DNA of 61,629 nucleotides, counting the filler. It is 5 parts of 5 records of this genome, joined end to end, with 100 filler letters (N's around TTAATTAATTAA, not from the genome) between each part and the next. Parts side by side here need not be neighbours in the genome. Positions count along the whole stretch, not along the records: positions 9,482 to 20,990 come from SRR31156797_413; 4 more parts are not named here. One strand, given 5' to 3'. The notes under the pieces were generated by a model. It had not been told where the DNA came from. It saw nothing but the letters and a program-made list of their open reading frames with translations, and ran no database searches. The position numbers were made by a program, and so were the translations under genes. Position 1 is the stretch's first letter. Every line of letters starts with the position of its first letter. Shown one piece after another: positions 9,526-19,836 of this stretch.

Positions 9526-10548
9526 ATGAACACCTATTTTCAGGAGACCTGCCAGCCGTTTGAGTTTGGTAACGGGATCGAAGATTGCAAAATCAGCCCC
9601 AACGGACAGATGACAGGCGTTGTGGGAGATTGTCCGGGGTTGGCTTCAGCCATGCTTTATGACGGTGACGGGCAGCCTTTGCGTGTATTGCAGCACGTTG
9701 TCAACTCCCGGGCCGAGCGCCTTGCCTTCTCAAATAACAGTGAATTTGTGCTGGTTGATTACAGTGAGAACGGCTTGTCGTTGCATGGGACAAAAAATGG
9801 ACAACAGCTGCATCAGTTCACGGATCACAACATACAATACTCCAGCCATGATTCCTCCCAGTCCCATCAGACAATACGATTCAGTCCGGATGATGCCTGG
9901 GTGGCAACGGGGTTCGATGCCGGCAGCATCTGGATATGGAATTGCAAAACCGGTGGCCTGGACCATGGCCTCTGTGCCGTTGAACTGAAAGATGATGACA
10001 CGATTGGTTGGCAAACATTTGAAACGCTCCCTCCGAAAGTCAAACGTTCAGTGAGAAGAGATGCTGAGGTCTATTGCCTGCTTTGGCTCCCAGACGGCAA
10101 ATCATTGCTGATCGGCACGGACTCAGGCCTATACCGATGGGACCTGGACCAGGGGGAGGTCTGTTATCTGCTCGACGGTGAAGTGCATGGGCTTGCTTTG
10201 TGGCAAAATCCCGACAACCGGAATGATTACCGCATGGCCGTATATGAGGATGACGAAGGCCTGATAAAAATACTTGACGCATCCTTTCAGGAAATTGGAA
10301 GCACCGACAGTGCCGGATATTATTCCGAAACCTTTCTTGCCTTTTCTGAAGACGGTGAATGGATACTGGAGCCGGACATGCGGATTAACTGGAAAACCGG
10401 GCAGGCGATTGACAGTGAAGCCTCTGTCAGAACCTCTCCCGGGGGGCTTTACTGGGATGGGATTTCAGATTCTGCTGAGGCTGTGGGGTATAGTTCTTCC
10501 CATGAGAACCCTTTCTTTAAAAAATGGACACTCAGTTACTCTGGGTGA
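9526..10548 (+). CDS. WD40-like beta-propeller protein
   Basis: Repeated blade motifs: ISPNGQ, LAFSNNSE, IRFSPDDAWVATG..IWIWN, LLWLPDGKSLLIG..LYRWD, LAFSEDGE. Confidence 0.7.
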   Translation: MNTYFQETCQPFEFGNGIEDCKISPNGQMTGVVGDCPGLASAMLYDGDGQPLRVLQHVVNSRAERLAFSNNSEFVLVDYSENGLSLHGTKNGQQLHQFTDHNIQYSSHDSSQSHQTIRFSPDDAWVATGFDAGSIWIWNCKTGGLDHGLCAVELKDDDTIGWQTFETLPPKVKRSVRRDAEVYCLLWLPDGKSLLIGTDSGLYRWDLDQGEVCYLLDGEVHGLALWQNPDNRNDYRMAVYEDDEGLIKILDASFQEIGSTDSAGYYSETFLAFSEDGEWILEPDMRINWKTGQAIDSEASVRTSPGGLYWDGISDSAEAVGYSSSHENPFFKKWTLSYSG

Positions 10549-10809
10549 AACAAACGCCCCGGCAATTTCTCAGAAGACGCTTCGTCATTAAAAGTCAAAA
10601 AAGACTGTGTCCAATATATATAGTGCAGCAGAGTCCCTTAAAGCATAACCGATGGAAAATTTCACCTTGGATCCGCATATAAAAAAAACAATATCATATT
10701 TGGATCGGATAATTATGAATCCATAAAAGCCGGGCTGCGGCAATACCGGCGGCTCTGGGTACAAGGCCTTGACCCGGTCACCTGGTACCGGCTGACAGGA
10801 TGAGACAGA

Positions 10810-11550
10810 TCAGTTCTGAAAGTCGGGCCAAAGCCGTTTATCAAGCCCGGAAATAAGGAAATCCAACAGGTCCGGGTGGTATTCGTGCATATGCTTTTCA
10901 ATGGTGTGCCATGATGCGGCATAGGGGGTCCGTTTACCGTGATATTCAACGGATGGGCCTATCTGGGTGAACACAAAACCGAATTTGTGGAGGGCATGGA
11001 ACAGTTTGTCTTCTGTAATTATGTACATATGTGAGATGCCCAGCTCTTTGCATTTCAGGTAAACGGTTTTGTACAGGCCTAGAATAATCATAGGCTTTTG
11101 CCGTTTTTCCACACCAGGGTTGGTTCTGGTTCTATTGGGAACATCGGATACGCCGCCCTGGGATTGGGGAATATAGGACTCCACGCCGTGAATACCGTCT
11201 TCAGGTCTGCGACGCATGGGTTTGGACACGGCCAGGCGAGATACTTCCGTGATATGTTTGGGGGCGGGCTTGTCCTTGAACCCCGTTATTTCAGAGGCCT
11301 GTTCGACAGGAAATCCCTTTTCAGAATCAAGGATCATCCTCACAGTGCCGATTACCTCGTCGTATTCATTGATGGCCACGAAGTGAACGGAGTGCTCGTC
11401 ATATCTATCCTTTTCAAGCTTATCCGGGAAATCGTTCGGATTTTCAAATCCAAATTCCAGGGAATAGACTTCATATCTCAACCGAAAAACCTGTCTGCGA
11501 AGGTCATCGGAATCCACTTCCTTGAAACGGGAATTCCCATATTCAAACAT
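10810..11550 (-). CDS. PEP-CTERM/exosortase-associated N-acyl amino acid synthase (FeeM-like GNAT)
   Basis: FRLRYEVY..EFGFE, EKDRYD..SVHF, GTVRMI, EVSRLAVSK.MRRR..D, IGPSVEYHGKRTPY: signature of this acyltransferase family. Confidence 0.85.
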   Translation of the reverse strand: MFEYGNSRFKEVDSDDLRRQVFRLRYEVYSLEFGFENPNDFPDKLEKDRYDEHSVHFVAINEYDEVIGTVRMILDSEKGFPVEQASEITGFKDKPAPKHITEVSRLAVSKPMRRRPEDGIHGVESYIPQSQGGVSDVPNRTRTNPGVEKRQKPMIILGLYKTVYLKCKELGISHMYIITEDKLFHALHKFGFVFTQIGPSVEYHGKRTPYAASWHTIEKHMHEYHPDLLDFLISGLDKRLWPDFQN

Positions 11551-11659
11551 TTGAGGACCTCTATTTTATAGGTTTATATGACAAGAAAAAGTTTGGAACG
11601 TATATATATAGATATATTTTTAACCCATTGGAAGTCAAGTTGAAATATACAAGATCGTG

Positions 11660-13294
11660 TTATCCTGATTCGTGTCCGGTCAGTTGAAATTCAAAGGGTT
11701 GATATCGGCCTGGTGCAATCACGGCATTGGGATCAAGGGCTGTTTTTATATCTTTTGTCACATTCCAGAAAACCTGTGAATTGCCGGCAAGTTTCTTCAT
11801 CGTATGAATATTCGTTCTGTACGGCGCATAGCCTTCTTCCATGATTAATTTGAAAAGTTCATCGTAGCATTCTTTTGCTTTAACAATTTCCTCGGGATTC
11901 TCCCTGTCAAACGAGATGGTAATAACACTAACCATAGCGCGCTCTGTGATCAGTGAAACCGTTATCAAAGGCTCAAAACCGAATTGTTTAAAAACAGGGT
12001 TTACCATCCGGATTAAATTTTTGGCTGTATCCCCTGTCATCGGCATAATCGGCGAAATCCACAACAGGCCTGCATTATGATCCAGCGGATCAATGGAATT
12101 TGTTTTTAACTCTCCTTTAACCCGCCATAATGTACCGAATAAAAAAGCATCTGTGGGCGTTCCTTGAATTAGTCCGTATACTTTTTCCAGCGCTTTGAGC
12201 TTGGTATTGAATTCAGGCAATAGATTTGATCTTTCAAGTATGTGCGATATTTTTTTCCCAAAAGCGATTGTCTTATCTCCAATAAACTGAAGCTTTCCAA
12301 GCCCTTTCATTGCTTTTTTTAACTCATTTTTGTTGTTTTTAACCTGACCCTTTGATCCATAGATCGCCCCGCTTATGTTCCAGGCGCCGAAATTGCCGCG
12401 CCTGCAAAAAAGATTTCGTAAATCATCACTTAACGGTGTTCTGCTTTTCGCCATTTCCCAAGGATACCGGTTGAATGACGAAATAACCCTTAGGTCATTT
12501 CCAATATGTATTAAACTTTTTATTTGCCCGCTCAATTTCAGGGGGCGGAGGGTTTCAATAATTTTGGAAAGATCGTCGTCCTTCGGAACAGCGCAAAAGA
12601 ACATCTTGCAGCACTCCGGTTCCGGCATGAGCCAGATACCAAGTTTTGTTACAATGCCAAAGTTTGATTGGGTAAAAATACCGTCAAGATAGGGGCCTAT
12701 CCCATACCTGAAAACATGTGTTGCTTTGGCATTTTTATAATGGCCGAAACCTGTGTTTACTTTTCGGCCATCTCCGAGAACCACTTCCATTCCGCAAGAA
12801 TACAGAAAATGATCTCCATAGGGGGTGTGTCCGAAACCGCGTTCAAGGGTGTTGCCTATAATGCTTGCTTCAGGTCCTGATCCGGTGCAGTCCAGCCAAA
12901 GGGGGAGTTTTTTATCTTTCAGGTAATTATGAAGTTGAATTTGAGTAACACCCGGCTCGATGACGGCATACGCAAGCTGTTCGTTTACTTCCAAAATCCT
13001 ATTCATCCTTGACAGGTCAACTATGACCTGGCCTTCATGGACGGCACAAGCTGATCCGTAGCCCCAGTTTTTCCCTTTGCTTATTGGGTAAAGTTGAATT
13101 TGGTACCGGTTCGCTATGGTTACGATTTTTTCAATTTCCGCACTGTTCTCAGGTTTTATCACAGCTTTGGGCATTACGTTTTTTGACAGTGTCGTTCTGG
13201 AATAACGAAGGAGGGTGGCTTGATCCTCCAGAACACACCCATCACCGATGGTATCTTTTATTAACTGCAGGGCTTTATTGTTATTGGGGTGCAT
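11660..13294 (-). CDS. VAO/p-cresol methylhydroxylase-family FAD-linked oxidoreductase (FeeG-like)
   Basis: PISKGKNWGYGS, DLSRMNRILEVN, EPGVT, GNTLERGFG, GPYLDGIFTQSNFGIVTK, PYRT, DPNAVIAPG. Confidence 0.88.
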   Translation of the reverse strand: MHPNNNKALQLIKDTIGDGCVLEDQATLLRYSRTTLSKNVMPKAVIKPENSAEIEKIVTIANRYQIQLYPISKGKNWGYGSACAVHEGQVIVDLSRMNRILEVNEQLAYAVIEPGVTQIQLHNYLKDKKLPLWLDCTGSGPEASIIGNTLERGFGHTPYGDHFLYSCGMEVVLGDGRKVNTGFGHYKNAKATHVFRYGIGPYLDGIFTQSNFGIVTKLGIWLMPEPECCKMFFCAVPKDDDLSKIIETLRPLKLSGQIKSLIHIGNDLRVISSFNRYPWEMAKSRTPLSDDLRNLFCRRGNFGAWNISGAIYGSKGQVKNNKNELKKAMKGLGKLQFIGDKTIAFGKKISHILERSNLLPEFNTKLKALEKVYGLIQGTPTDAFLFGTLWRVKGELKTNSIDPLDHNAGLLWISPIMPMTGDTAKNLIRMVNPVFKQFGFEPLITVSLITERAMVSVITISFDRENPEEIVKAKECYDELFKLIMEEGYAPYRTNIHTMKKLAGNSQVFWNVTKDIKTALDPNAVIAPGRYQPFEFQLTGHESG

Positions 13295-13347
13295 GATAGA
13301 CGACTCCCTTTCAGTATAAATACACCAATGCAGAACCGGACTAGAAC

Positions 13348-13381
13348 AAAGAGCAGAGCCATTTCGGCATCTGCTCTTTTT
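13348..13381 (-). terminator. Terminator after the VPLPA-CTERM gene
   Basis: AAAGAGCAGA-gccatttcggca-TCTGCTCTTT hairpin with A/T tails. Confidence 0.65.
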
Positions 13382-13400
13382 GTTGACGCGATGGTTGACT

Positions 13401-14195
13401 CTATTTTATGATCCTATTTTTGAATCTTGCAAGTCCTATCAAACCTGAGCCTAAAAGCCAGACGGCCGGGGGGACCGGTGTTGGTAACGGTTGAGCCGTA
13501 TTTGTGTAGATTGAGAGGGAAATATCTAACAGGTATGATCCGTTCGCTTCCACAGGGACGAACATCTCTCCAATACCATCCTCGATGCTCCAAGTATCAT
13601 CTGTGACGCCCCTTGGGATATCGTTGTATTTGCTCCACGAAAGCTCATCCCAGGTGTCAGAATCATTCTGGTTATGAACAAATAAAGAGACATGTTGGTA
13701 ATTCTCACCCTCTTCGAGAAAATTCGATAATGTTGCAGCCATATTATAAGAAAAGCTGATTTTTATCAGTCCTTTCCCGGAGCTGGTGATGTTGAACCCT
13801 TGATAGGCATAAGCATTCAGTTCACCAGAATTCGCACTCAGGGAAGCATCCAGGGCAGAGTTTGGCGTTGTGGATGCATTTGATTTATAATCAGATCGGT
13901 TTATGCTTACCGATGTGGGGGCGTTCGTTTGAAGCCAATCATAATCGCCCTCTATGTAATATCCTTCTGAATCATAGACATCATAAGCTGAAATGGAGTC
14001 AATCAGTTCAGATTGAGCGGGTTTTGGATCCATTACAGAATCATAAATATTATAAAACTGCAGATTGATGTCGTAAATGCTGGCTGAAGCCGTTACCGAA
14101 TACTCAGTCACCGATGAAGCATTCGCCCTATGCGTTACGCCATTCATTGGGACCAATAAACAGGTGCAGATAAAGAGCAGAAGTAGTTTCTTCAT
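13401..14195 (-). CDS. Secreted VPLPA-CTERM/PEP-CTERM sorting-domain protein
   Basis: Signal peptide; Ser/Asp/Asn-rich body; C-terminus PVPPAVWLLGSGLIGL followed by basic RFKNRIIK; GGGGAGG RBS. Confidence 0.88.
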   Translation of the reverse strand: MKKLLLLFICTCLLVPMNGVTHRANASSVTEYSVTASASIYDINLQFYNIYDSVMDPKPAQSELIDSISAYDVYDSEGYYIEGDYDWLQTNAPTSVSINRSDYKSNASTTPNSALDASLSANSGELNAYAYQGFNITSSGKGLIKISFSYNMAATLSNFLEEGENYQHVSLFVHNQNDSDTWDELSWSKYNDIPRGVTDDTWSIEDGIGEMFVPVEANGSYLLDISLSIYTNTAQPLPTPVPPAVWLLGSGLIGLARFKNRIIK

Positions 14196-14427
14196 TGACG
14201 TGTAACCTCCCCTTATTTATTATGAATAAAAAGTTGACGCATACTTGATGTTCAACTTGACCATTCATTTTGAATCGTGGTTTTACGTCGACGCTATTCA
14301 ATTAAATTTTGTTTGGTATGTTTAAATTGGTTTTTATATCTGGACACATTATCTTCAGATCGTCAATGAAAAAAAAATGGTTAATCCATTTTTTATTTCC
14401 GGATTGTTTTCCATCCCCACATACACA

Positions 14428-15657
14428 CTAATCGGAATCAATCCCCTCATACCCATTTATGTACTCTTTTTCCTCCCTGTCATAACGGATACCACTTAGA
14501 ACATTAAACTGATCATTTATCTGATATTTGGCGTGGCAAAAAACACCCAGGGATTTATCAAGAAATTCTTCGGTATTGAATCTGTCTTCATCTCTTTTAT
14601 CGGCGTAGACCCCAAGAAGGACTGACAGTCTGTCATCCAGCAAACTATCATGGTAACGGATTTCCTGGGCCAGGGTTTTGGCCTTGCGTTTTCCAAACCA
14701 ATGGGCGGCCAAGTCAGGATCGTTGGTGAAATTAAAATCTATGGCAACATCCATCTTGAAAAGCCTGTAAGTTGATATTGACTCGATATGGCTGGTCTCC
14801 GTCAGGTCATAGTTTATTTTCAGGGCATGGGTGGTGACATTGGACTTATCATAACCGTCAAGATCCGAGGAAACATCGTCTATGGTCTGGCTGGCCATAC
14901 TCACTCTGATCCCTTCGTCATCATAGGCCAGGTGGTTATTGACAAGGGATATATCCAATCTTTTTGTCGGGGTCCATCTCAGTGTCAATTAACCCGAGCT
15001 GTTTTCACGGTCATCAAGGGTCTTAACCGTGAACTTGTCTTCAATAATTCCGTCTTTTTCATAATGGTTTCCGGCAACACTCAGTTAAAGACGATTCTTT
15101 ACAAGAGGTCCGCTGCCTTTAATTTTGACCTGTCGTTTGTTATCGCTGCCAAGTTCGATTCCAGCCTTGAAAATTGTTTCATTGGATGGCTGCATGGTGA
15201 TTATGTTGATAACCCCTGTTTCGGTGTTTTTTCCATAAAGGGTGCCCAGGGGACCTCGAAGCACCTCCAAACGCTCAATGTCATTTAATACATCATTGGT
15301 GCCAAAGGCATCCATCAGTGGAATCCCATCCACATAGATGCCGACAGGGTTGCTGCGGCTTTCCATGTCGGCGTATATCCCGCGCATGGTCACGGAAACC
15401 TGGTTGTCCGTCTGGTAGCCGAACATCATGAGGTTGGGGGTGTAGGGACCCAGATCTTCAATTGTATTTATTTTCTGATCTTCCAGGTTGATTTCATCAA
15501 AAACGGTCATGGAAATCGGCACTTCCTGGACATTCTCCTCTGTCTTCCGGGCTGTTACAGTGATCGTTTCACTGACCTCACTCTGCCCGGCCAGTGCATG
15601 GCATGTTGCAGAAATTCATATTAAAAAAGTTGTTATCGTTTTTTTAAAGCCCGCCAT
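14428..15657 (-). pseudogene. TonB-dependent receptor pseudogene
   Basis: One frame from ATG 15657 (AAGGAG RBS) gives the TonB box ETITVTARK and plug IERLEVLRGPLGTLYGKN. In-frame stops at 15616-15618 (TGA), 15085-15087 (TAA), 14989-14991 (TAA); ends at 14428 with the C-terminal barrel missing. Confidence 0.85.
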
Positions 15658-15870
15658 TATAATTCTCCTTTTTTTATGTAACCCCAACGGCATATTGTTC
15701 TGTCACATCAAAAGACTGAAATACTTTTTTTGTTTCAGCATGGCCGGGAATAAGGTGCAATTGCAAATCGATGACATGGGGTATCCCCGGATTCATCGGT
15801 CAATACGGAACCGTTAAACACCGTTCAACAAGGCGTGTGAAATGTCAGTAATAAAGGAGTTAAAAGGAAT

Positions 15871-15957
15871 CTATTCCACGGATGTGAAACGTTTCAGGCA
15901 GGTTTCCGGGCTGAGCCCGTGTTGATCTTTGAAAATTTTAGAAAAAGACTTTTCAAT
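15871..15957 (-). pseudogene. C-terminal remnant of an AraC-family regulator
   Basis: Minus-strand translation SFSKIFKDQHGLSPETCLKR matches the AraC second-HTH signature (FSxxFKxxxGxSP); lies upstream of the TonB receptor pseudogene. Confidence 0.55.
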
Positions 15958-15965
15958 CTAAAGAG

Positions 15966-16118
15966 ATGGCATCTGTTTTGAATATTCGACTACAGACAAG
16001 GGGAATGAAGGACGCCGAGTATAAGCTGCTCTCCCGGGAGTATGTTAACTTCAAGGATTTCATCGGAAAGGATGTGTTCACCGTCGAGCCCAGGTCCTGG
16101 TTTCAACCGACAGCGTAA
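15966..16118 (+). pseudogene. N-terminal remnant of class I fumarate hydratase
   Basis: Translation ...KDAEYKLLSREYVNFKDFIGKDVFTVEP resembles the FumA/FumB N-terminus ([28 protein letters not shown], recalled); stops after 50 aa. Confidence 0.45.
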
Positions 16119-16237
16119 CGGGCGGCAAAGGCAGCCTTCAAGCCTGCATTATTCCGGATGTGGCTGTCCTTGTAACCTGTTTTCATATATAAATGGAACT
16201 GCGCAGTAGGAATTTCCTCCGCAGTTCCATTCTTTTG

Positions 16238-17326
16238 CTATTGCCAATATCTTTGCAGATATTTTCTTTCTATCAATTTAATGGATTTCTCGTCTATCCG
16301 GTCATTAACCAGAGCGAAGCCGATCAAGTCGTTTTTATAGGTGATTTTTCCGGGGCTGTTAAACCGGAATGTCCGGCTTTTGTCTTTTGTGATAACAACA
16401 TACTCATAAAGCCCGGTGGACTGGTTATAATTTCGTTCTGTCATGACGCCTTCCAGCGATTGTTGCTTGGCAGCCGCATACGGAGTTGCTTGCCGGGAGC
16501 CCTGGACTCCTAACTGGCCGCCGGCGCCAAGTCCTCCCTGAACGGTTTGCGCCTTATAAGATTTAACCGCCCTGATCAGATTATTCATGGAGTCCGTAAA
16601 AGCCGCAACAATCACTTTTCCCTCCGGGGTTTTGGAATAGGCTCCGGCTGCGCCACCGACCCCACCTCCAAAAACGCCTCCCAGCAATGAATAGTCTGTG
16701 TTTCTGGCGCTTCCTTCGGCAGCTGCAAGCTGAACTCCCGAACGATTTTCTATAAGCGTCAAAACCGTACTGGCGTCACTGGTCTTGAATCCGCCGGCAA
16801 CGGCTCCGGCCACAGGACCTAACAGTCCGCCGATTAATGCTCCGGCTCCGCCGGTATCGTTGGCGCTGAATGTAATGGATGGCGTAACCGTATAATCGGC
16901 AGCAACCATCTGACCCTTCCCGAAATTGGACTCACTCCGCATTTCACCTGATTGCATCAGTTCCCGTTCCTGAAGCATCTGCTTCATGGCCTTGCCACGC
17001 TCAACAATGACAAAGCAATTGGACTGCTGGGCCAGCAGGCGGATAACAGGAATTGTGGAAGGCAACCTTAAATCACTTGTCAGTTGTTGATACCAGTTTT
17101 CCGATTTGTCTTCGAAAATCGCCAACGTTCCCAGGGAAGCACTGCACCGTTCCAACCCGCTGTTGGCATTCTGTGAATTGGCTCCGCCGGCGGACCCGGT
17201 TGCCACTGTTTTGGCCGCCTGGGATCCGGTTGACATGGATGACATGCATCCTGTCAGCAAAAATAGTAAAGCGCACGCACATACTGGAAAAAAGGCTCTT
17301 GCTCTGCTCATTAAATCATTCCCCAT
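16238..17326 (-). CDS. CsgG/HfaB-family lipoprotein
   Basis: Lipobox LTGC; LERC..SLGTLAI, QQSNCFVIVERG, GKGQMVAADY, LIENRSGVQLAAAEGSA. Confidence 0.82.
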   Translation of the reverse strand: MGNDLMSRARAFFPVCACALLFLLTGCMSSMSTGSQAAKTVATGSAGGANSQNANSGLERCSASLGTLAIFEDKSENWYQQLTSDLRLPSTIPVIRLLAQQSNCFVIVERGKAMKQMLQERELMQSGEMRSESNFGKGQMVAADYTVTPSITFSANDTGGAGALIGGLLGPVAGAVAGGFKTSDASTVLTLIENRSGVQLAAAEGSARNTDYSLLGGVFGGGVGGAAGAYSKTPEGKVIVAAFTDSMNNLIRAVKSYKAQTVQGGLGAGGQLGVQGSRQATPYAAAKQQSLEGVMTERNYNQSTGLYEYVVITKDKSRTFRFNSPGKITYKNDLIGFALVNDRIDEKSIKLIERKYLQRYWQ

Positions 17327-17622
17327 TCAAATTCAGTTATAAATTAAACTTACAACGACCATGATATCTCCATCAGGCCAGCCCCAATAAAACATGAAAG
17401 TTGCAATTTCATTTGCAACGACTTTCCTATAAACAGCCACGGGCAGTCCTGATGGTTAAGATCCGCCCTCAACAAAGGACAAAAGTCCTATTGGAATTGC
17501 ATAAACTTCTGCATAACAAGGTAATTCAGGATAGGATATAGAATAAGAGGACTCTTATTGTCAAGGCAAGAAAAAAGTAATAATAATAGGTATAAACGTC
17601 AACGTATCCGGATCACGTAAAA

Positions 17623-18483
17623 CTAATAATCGCCGGCAGAACTACAGGCTTGGCCCGGGCTGCCTTCCTCCTTGCCGGCTTCAAGGCCCAAATGGGTCCT
17701 GACCCGGCGGATATCATCGGCATCCACCATCCATGAGCCGTCCCCGGCAAGGATCAAGGGCACAAAATCGATACCTGCAGAACGAAAAAAATCTTTTGTC
17801 ATTCCTAACAACTGATCTGCCTGTTCACAGGAAAAATCAGGCTCGACTATTCCTATTTTGGTATAGTCCCGGTATGAATAGTTATTGCAAATAGCCTGGG
17901 CGGCCATGTCACGGCTCTGGGGCCCCAGAACCGGATATAGGATAATCCTGATTTCCATCCCGGATTCCTCGGCAGCCAGTTCAAGTTTGGGCAACAGCTC
18001 CTTGCAGTGGGAACAATTGGGATCTGTAACCACATAGAAAAAATCCCCGGCCTGCATCGGCTTAAAGGACTGGAAAACGAAGTTTTCCAATGATTTGATG
18101 TTCTTTGTTAAAAAGTCTTTTCGATGTTCTTCTTTCAATGCATTTTCTTTTGCGGCACGTCTTTTTTCTCTGGCAACCACTTCCGGAATGGTATTCATGG
18201 TTTCCTGTGTTATGGATTTGCCGTATTTAAAAAGCTGACCTGCAAAGATAAAATCCTTGCCCGCATAAACCGGAACCAGGCTGTCGTTAATGTTAAGAAT
18301 GACTTCACACAATTGCCCTTGTTCCCGCTTATGGACTATTTTACCATTGTCCGGCAGCGTGATATGGCTCCCAATCCACTTAATATCCACATGTTTGCAT
18401 ACAGGTTCCGCAAAACCGGTTGTTGCCGTTGCCCAAAGCACGATAAGCCCCAGAACGATGTTGTATATTCGATTCATCGGCAC
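17623..18483 (-). CDS. DsbC/DsbG-like thioredoxin-fold protein
   Basis: Signal peptide; VTDPNCSHC active site; YPVLG; FVP cis-Pro loop. Confidence 0.75.
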   Translation of the reverse strand: MPMNRIYNIVLGLIVLWATATTGFAEPVCKHVDIKWIGSHITLPDNGKIVHKREQGQLCEVILNINDSLVPVYAGKDFIFAGQLFKYGKSITQETMNTIPEVVAREKRRAAKENALKEEHRKDFLTKNIKSLENFVFQSFKPMQAGDFFYVVTDPNCSHCKELLPKLELAAEESGMEIRIILYPVLGPQSRDMAAQAICNNYSYRDYTKIGIVEPDFSCEQADQLLGMTKDFFRSAGIDFVPLILAGDGSWMVDADDIRRVRTHLGLEAGKEEGSPGQACSSAGDY

Positions 18484-18682
18484 AACGTATCAACTAGCAT
18501 AATCAAAAGCAATATTTTTGTAATAATCCTGGATATACCTTTGTCCCGAGGGACCCAGGCAGTTCCGTGCTAAATGAAATCCAGGGGCATAATATCCTTG
18601 ACAGTCCTGAACTTTTCTTTATAAATGGTTACTATTTTTTGTAATTTTTAATAGAATGCTAATTTTTCTTGTAGGGGCGGTA

Positions 18683-19441
18683 ATGTTTAAATTTGCAATA
18701 ACACGTATTCCATGTAAGAACTTTGATCGGGGGATCACAACAGCTGACCTTGGTGCGCCCGATTATGAACTGATGCTTGACCAGCACCGGGCCTATATCG
18801 ATACCCTTAAAGATCTGGGCCTTGAGGTGGAAATCCTTGAAGCTGAGAACGATTTCCCGGACGCCCATTTTGTCGAAGATACGGCCGTGGTCACACCGGA
18901 TGTCGCAGTGATCACAAACCCCGGGGCCGATGCCCGAAAAGGGGAGGAAGTCACCATTGAAGCCGCTCTTTCAAAATACAGACCCATTGAGAAGATCAAA
19001 GCGCCCGGTACCGTTGATGGGGGGGACGTGCTGATGGTGGGAACCCATTTTTTCATCGGCCTCTCCGATCGAACAAACGCAGAAGGCGCGGCCCAGCTGG
19101 GCAAAATACTTGAAAAGTACGGCAACACCTGGGATACCGTACCGGTTGCGGCCGGCCTTCACTTTAAATCCAGCGTGAATTATGTGGGCAAAAATACCCT
19201 GCTCGTCACCAAGGAGTTTGCGTCGCGAAAAGAGCTGGAAGGATATGAACTGATTGTGCTCAAGGAGGGCGAGGAGTACGCGGGAAATACCCTGATCATC
19301 AACGAGACCCTGATCATGCCCGCGGGGTATCCCGACACGAAAAGCAAGCTGGAAAAGCTGGGCATGACCATTGTCGAGCTTGACACCAGTGAAACAAGAA
19401 AAATGGACGGCGGCCTGACGTGCCTGTCTCTGAGATTCTGA
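18683..19441 (+). CDS. ddaH: N(G),N(G)-dimethylarginine dimethylaminohydrolase (amidinotransferase superfamily)
   Basis: FPDAHFVEDTAV, RKGE, DGGDV, LHFKS, KMDGGLTCLSLRF (catalytic Cys); ATG 18683 after the GGGG RBS. Confidence 0.9.
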   Translation: MFKFAITRIPCKNFDRGITTADLGAPDYELMLDQHRAYIDTLKDLGLEVEILEAENDFPDAHFVEDTAVVTPDVAVITNPGADARKGEEVTIEAALSKYRPIEKIKAPGTVDGGDVLMVGTHFFIGLSDRTNAEGAAQLGKILEKYGNTWDTVPVAAGLHFKSSVNYVGKNTLLVTKEFASRKELEGYELIVLKEGEEYAGNTLIINETLIMPAGYPDTKSKLEKLGMTIVELDTSETRKMDGGLTCLSLRF

Positions 19442-19474
19442 TGCCGGCACGGACCACAAGGCAAAGGAGACACC

Positions 19475-19639
19475 ATGGATGTCATTAAAGACAGATACAA
19501 ACGCGAAGCCGTGGAAGTGGGATGTCCCAAATGCGATCGGAGGCAGATCATCTATCTGCCTGACGAGCAAATACCCGACTGTCCCGTATGCAGGGTCAAA
19601 ATGGTGTTCAAGGAAGTTCTGACAGAAGGGAAGTACTGA
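19475..19639 (+). CDS. 54-aa dual-CxxC zinc-ribbon protein (not in ORF track)
   Basis: MDVIKDRYKREAVEVGCPKCDRRQIIYLPDEQIPDCPVCRVKMVFKEVLTEGKY*; strong AAGGAGA RBS. Confidence 0.75.
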   Translation: MDVIKDRYKREAVEVGCPKCDRRQIIYLPDEQIPDCPVCRVKMVFKEVLTEGKY

Positions 19640-19836
19640 TGCCTGTATAAAAATACGGTGTGTTCCTTTGAATGCCCTGGGCTGAAAAGGCGTTAACAAG
19701 GGCTGGATACACACATCCCGGGCTTTTTGCGGGCTCTTTACATGAGAATCAACCGGTTTTTAAGATCCTTGACCAAGGATCAATGTACATGCGGTTAACT
19801 GTTTTAGAAACTCATTTTTTTTAAGGAGATTGTCTG

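Noticed and set aside
14428-15657. Stop-codon readthrough or recoding in the TonB receptor
   Set aside because: The stops are of mixed types (TGA, TAA, TAA), neighbouring genes use the standard code, and the C-terminus is missing, so decay is the simpler explanation.
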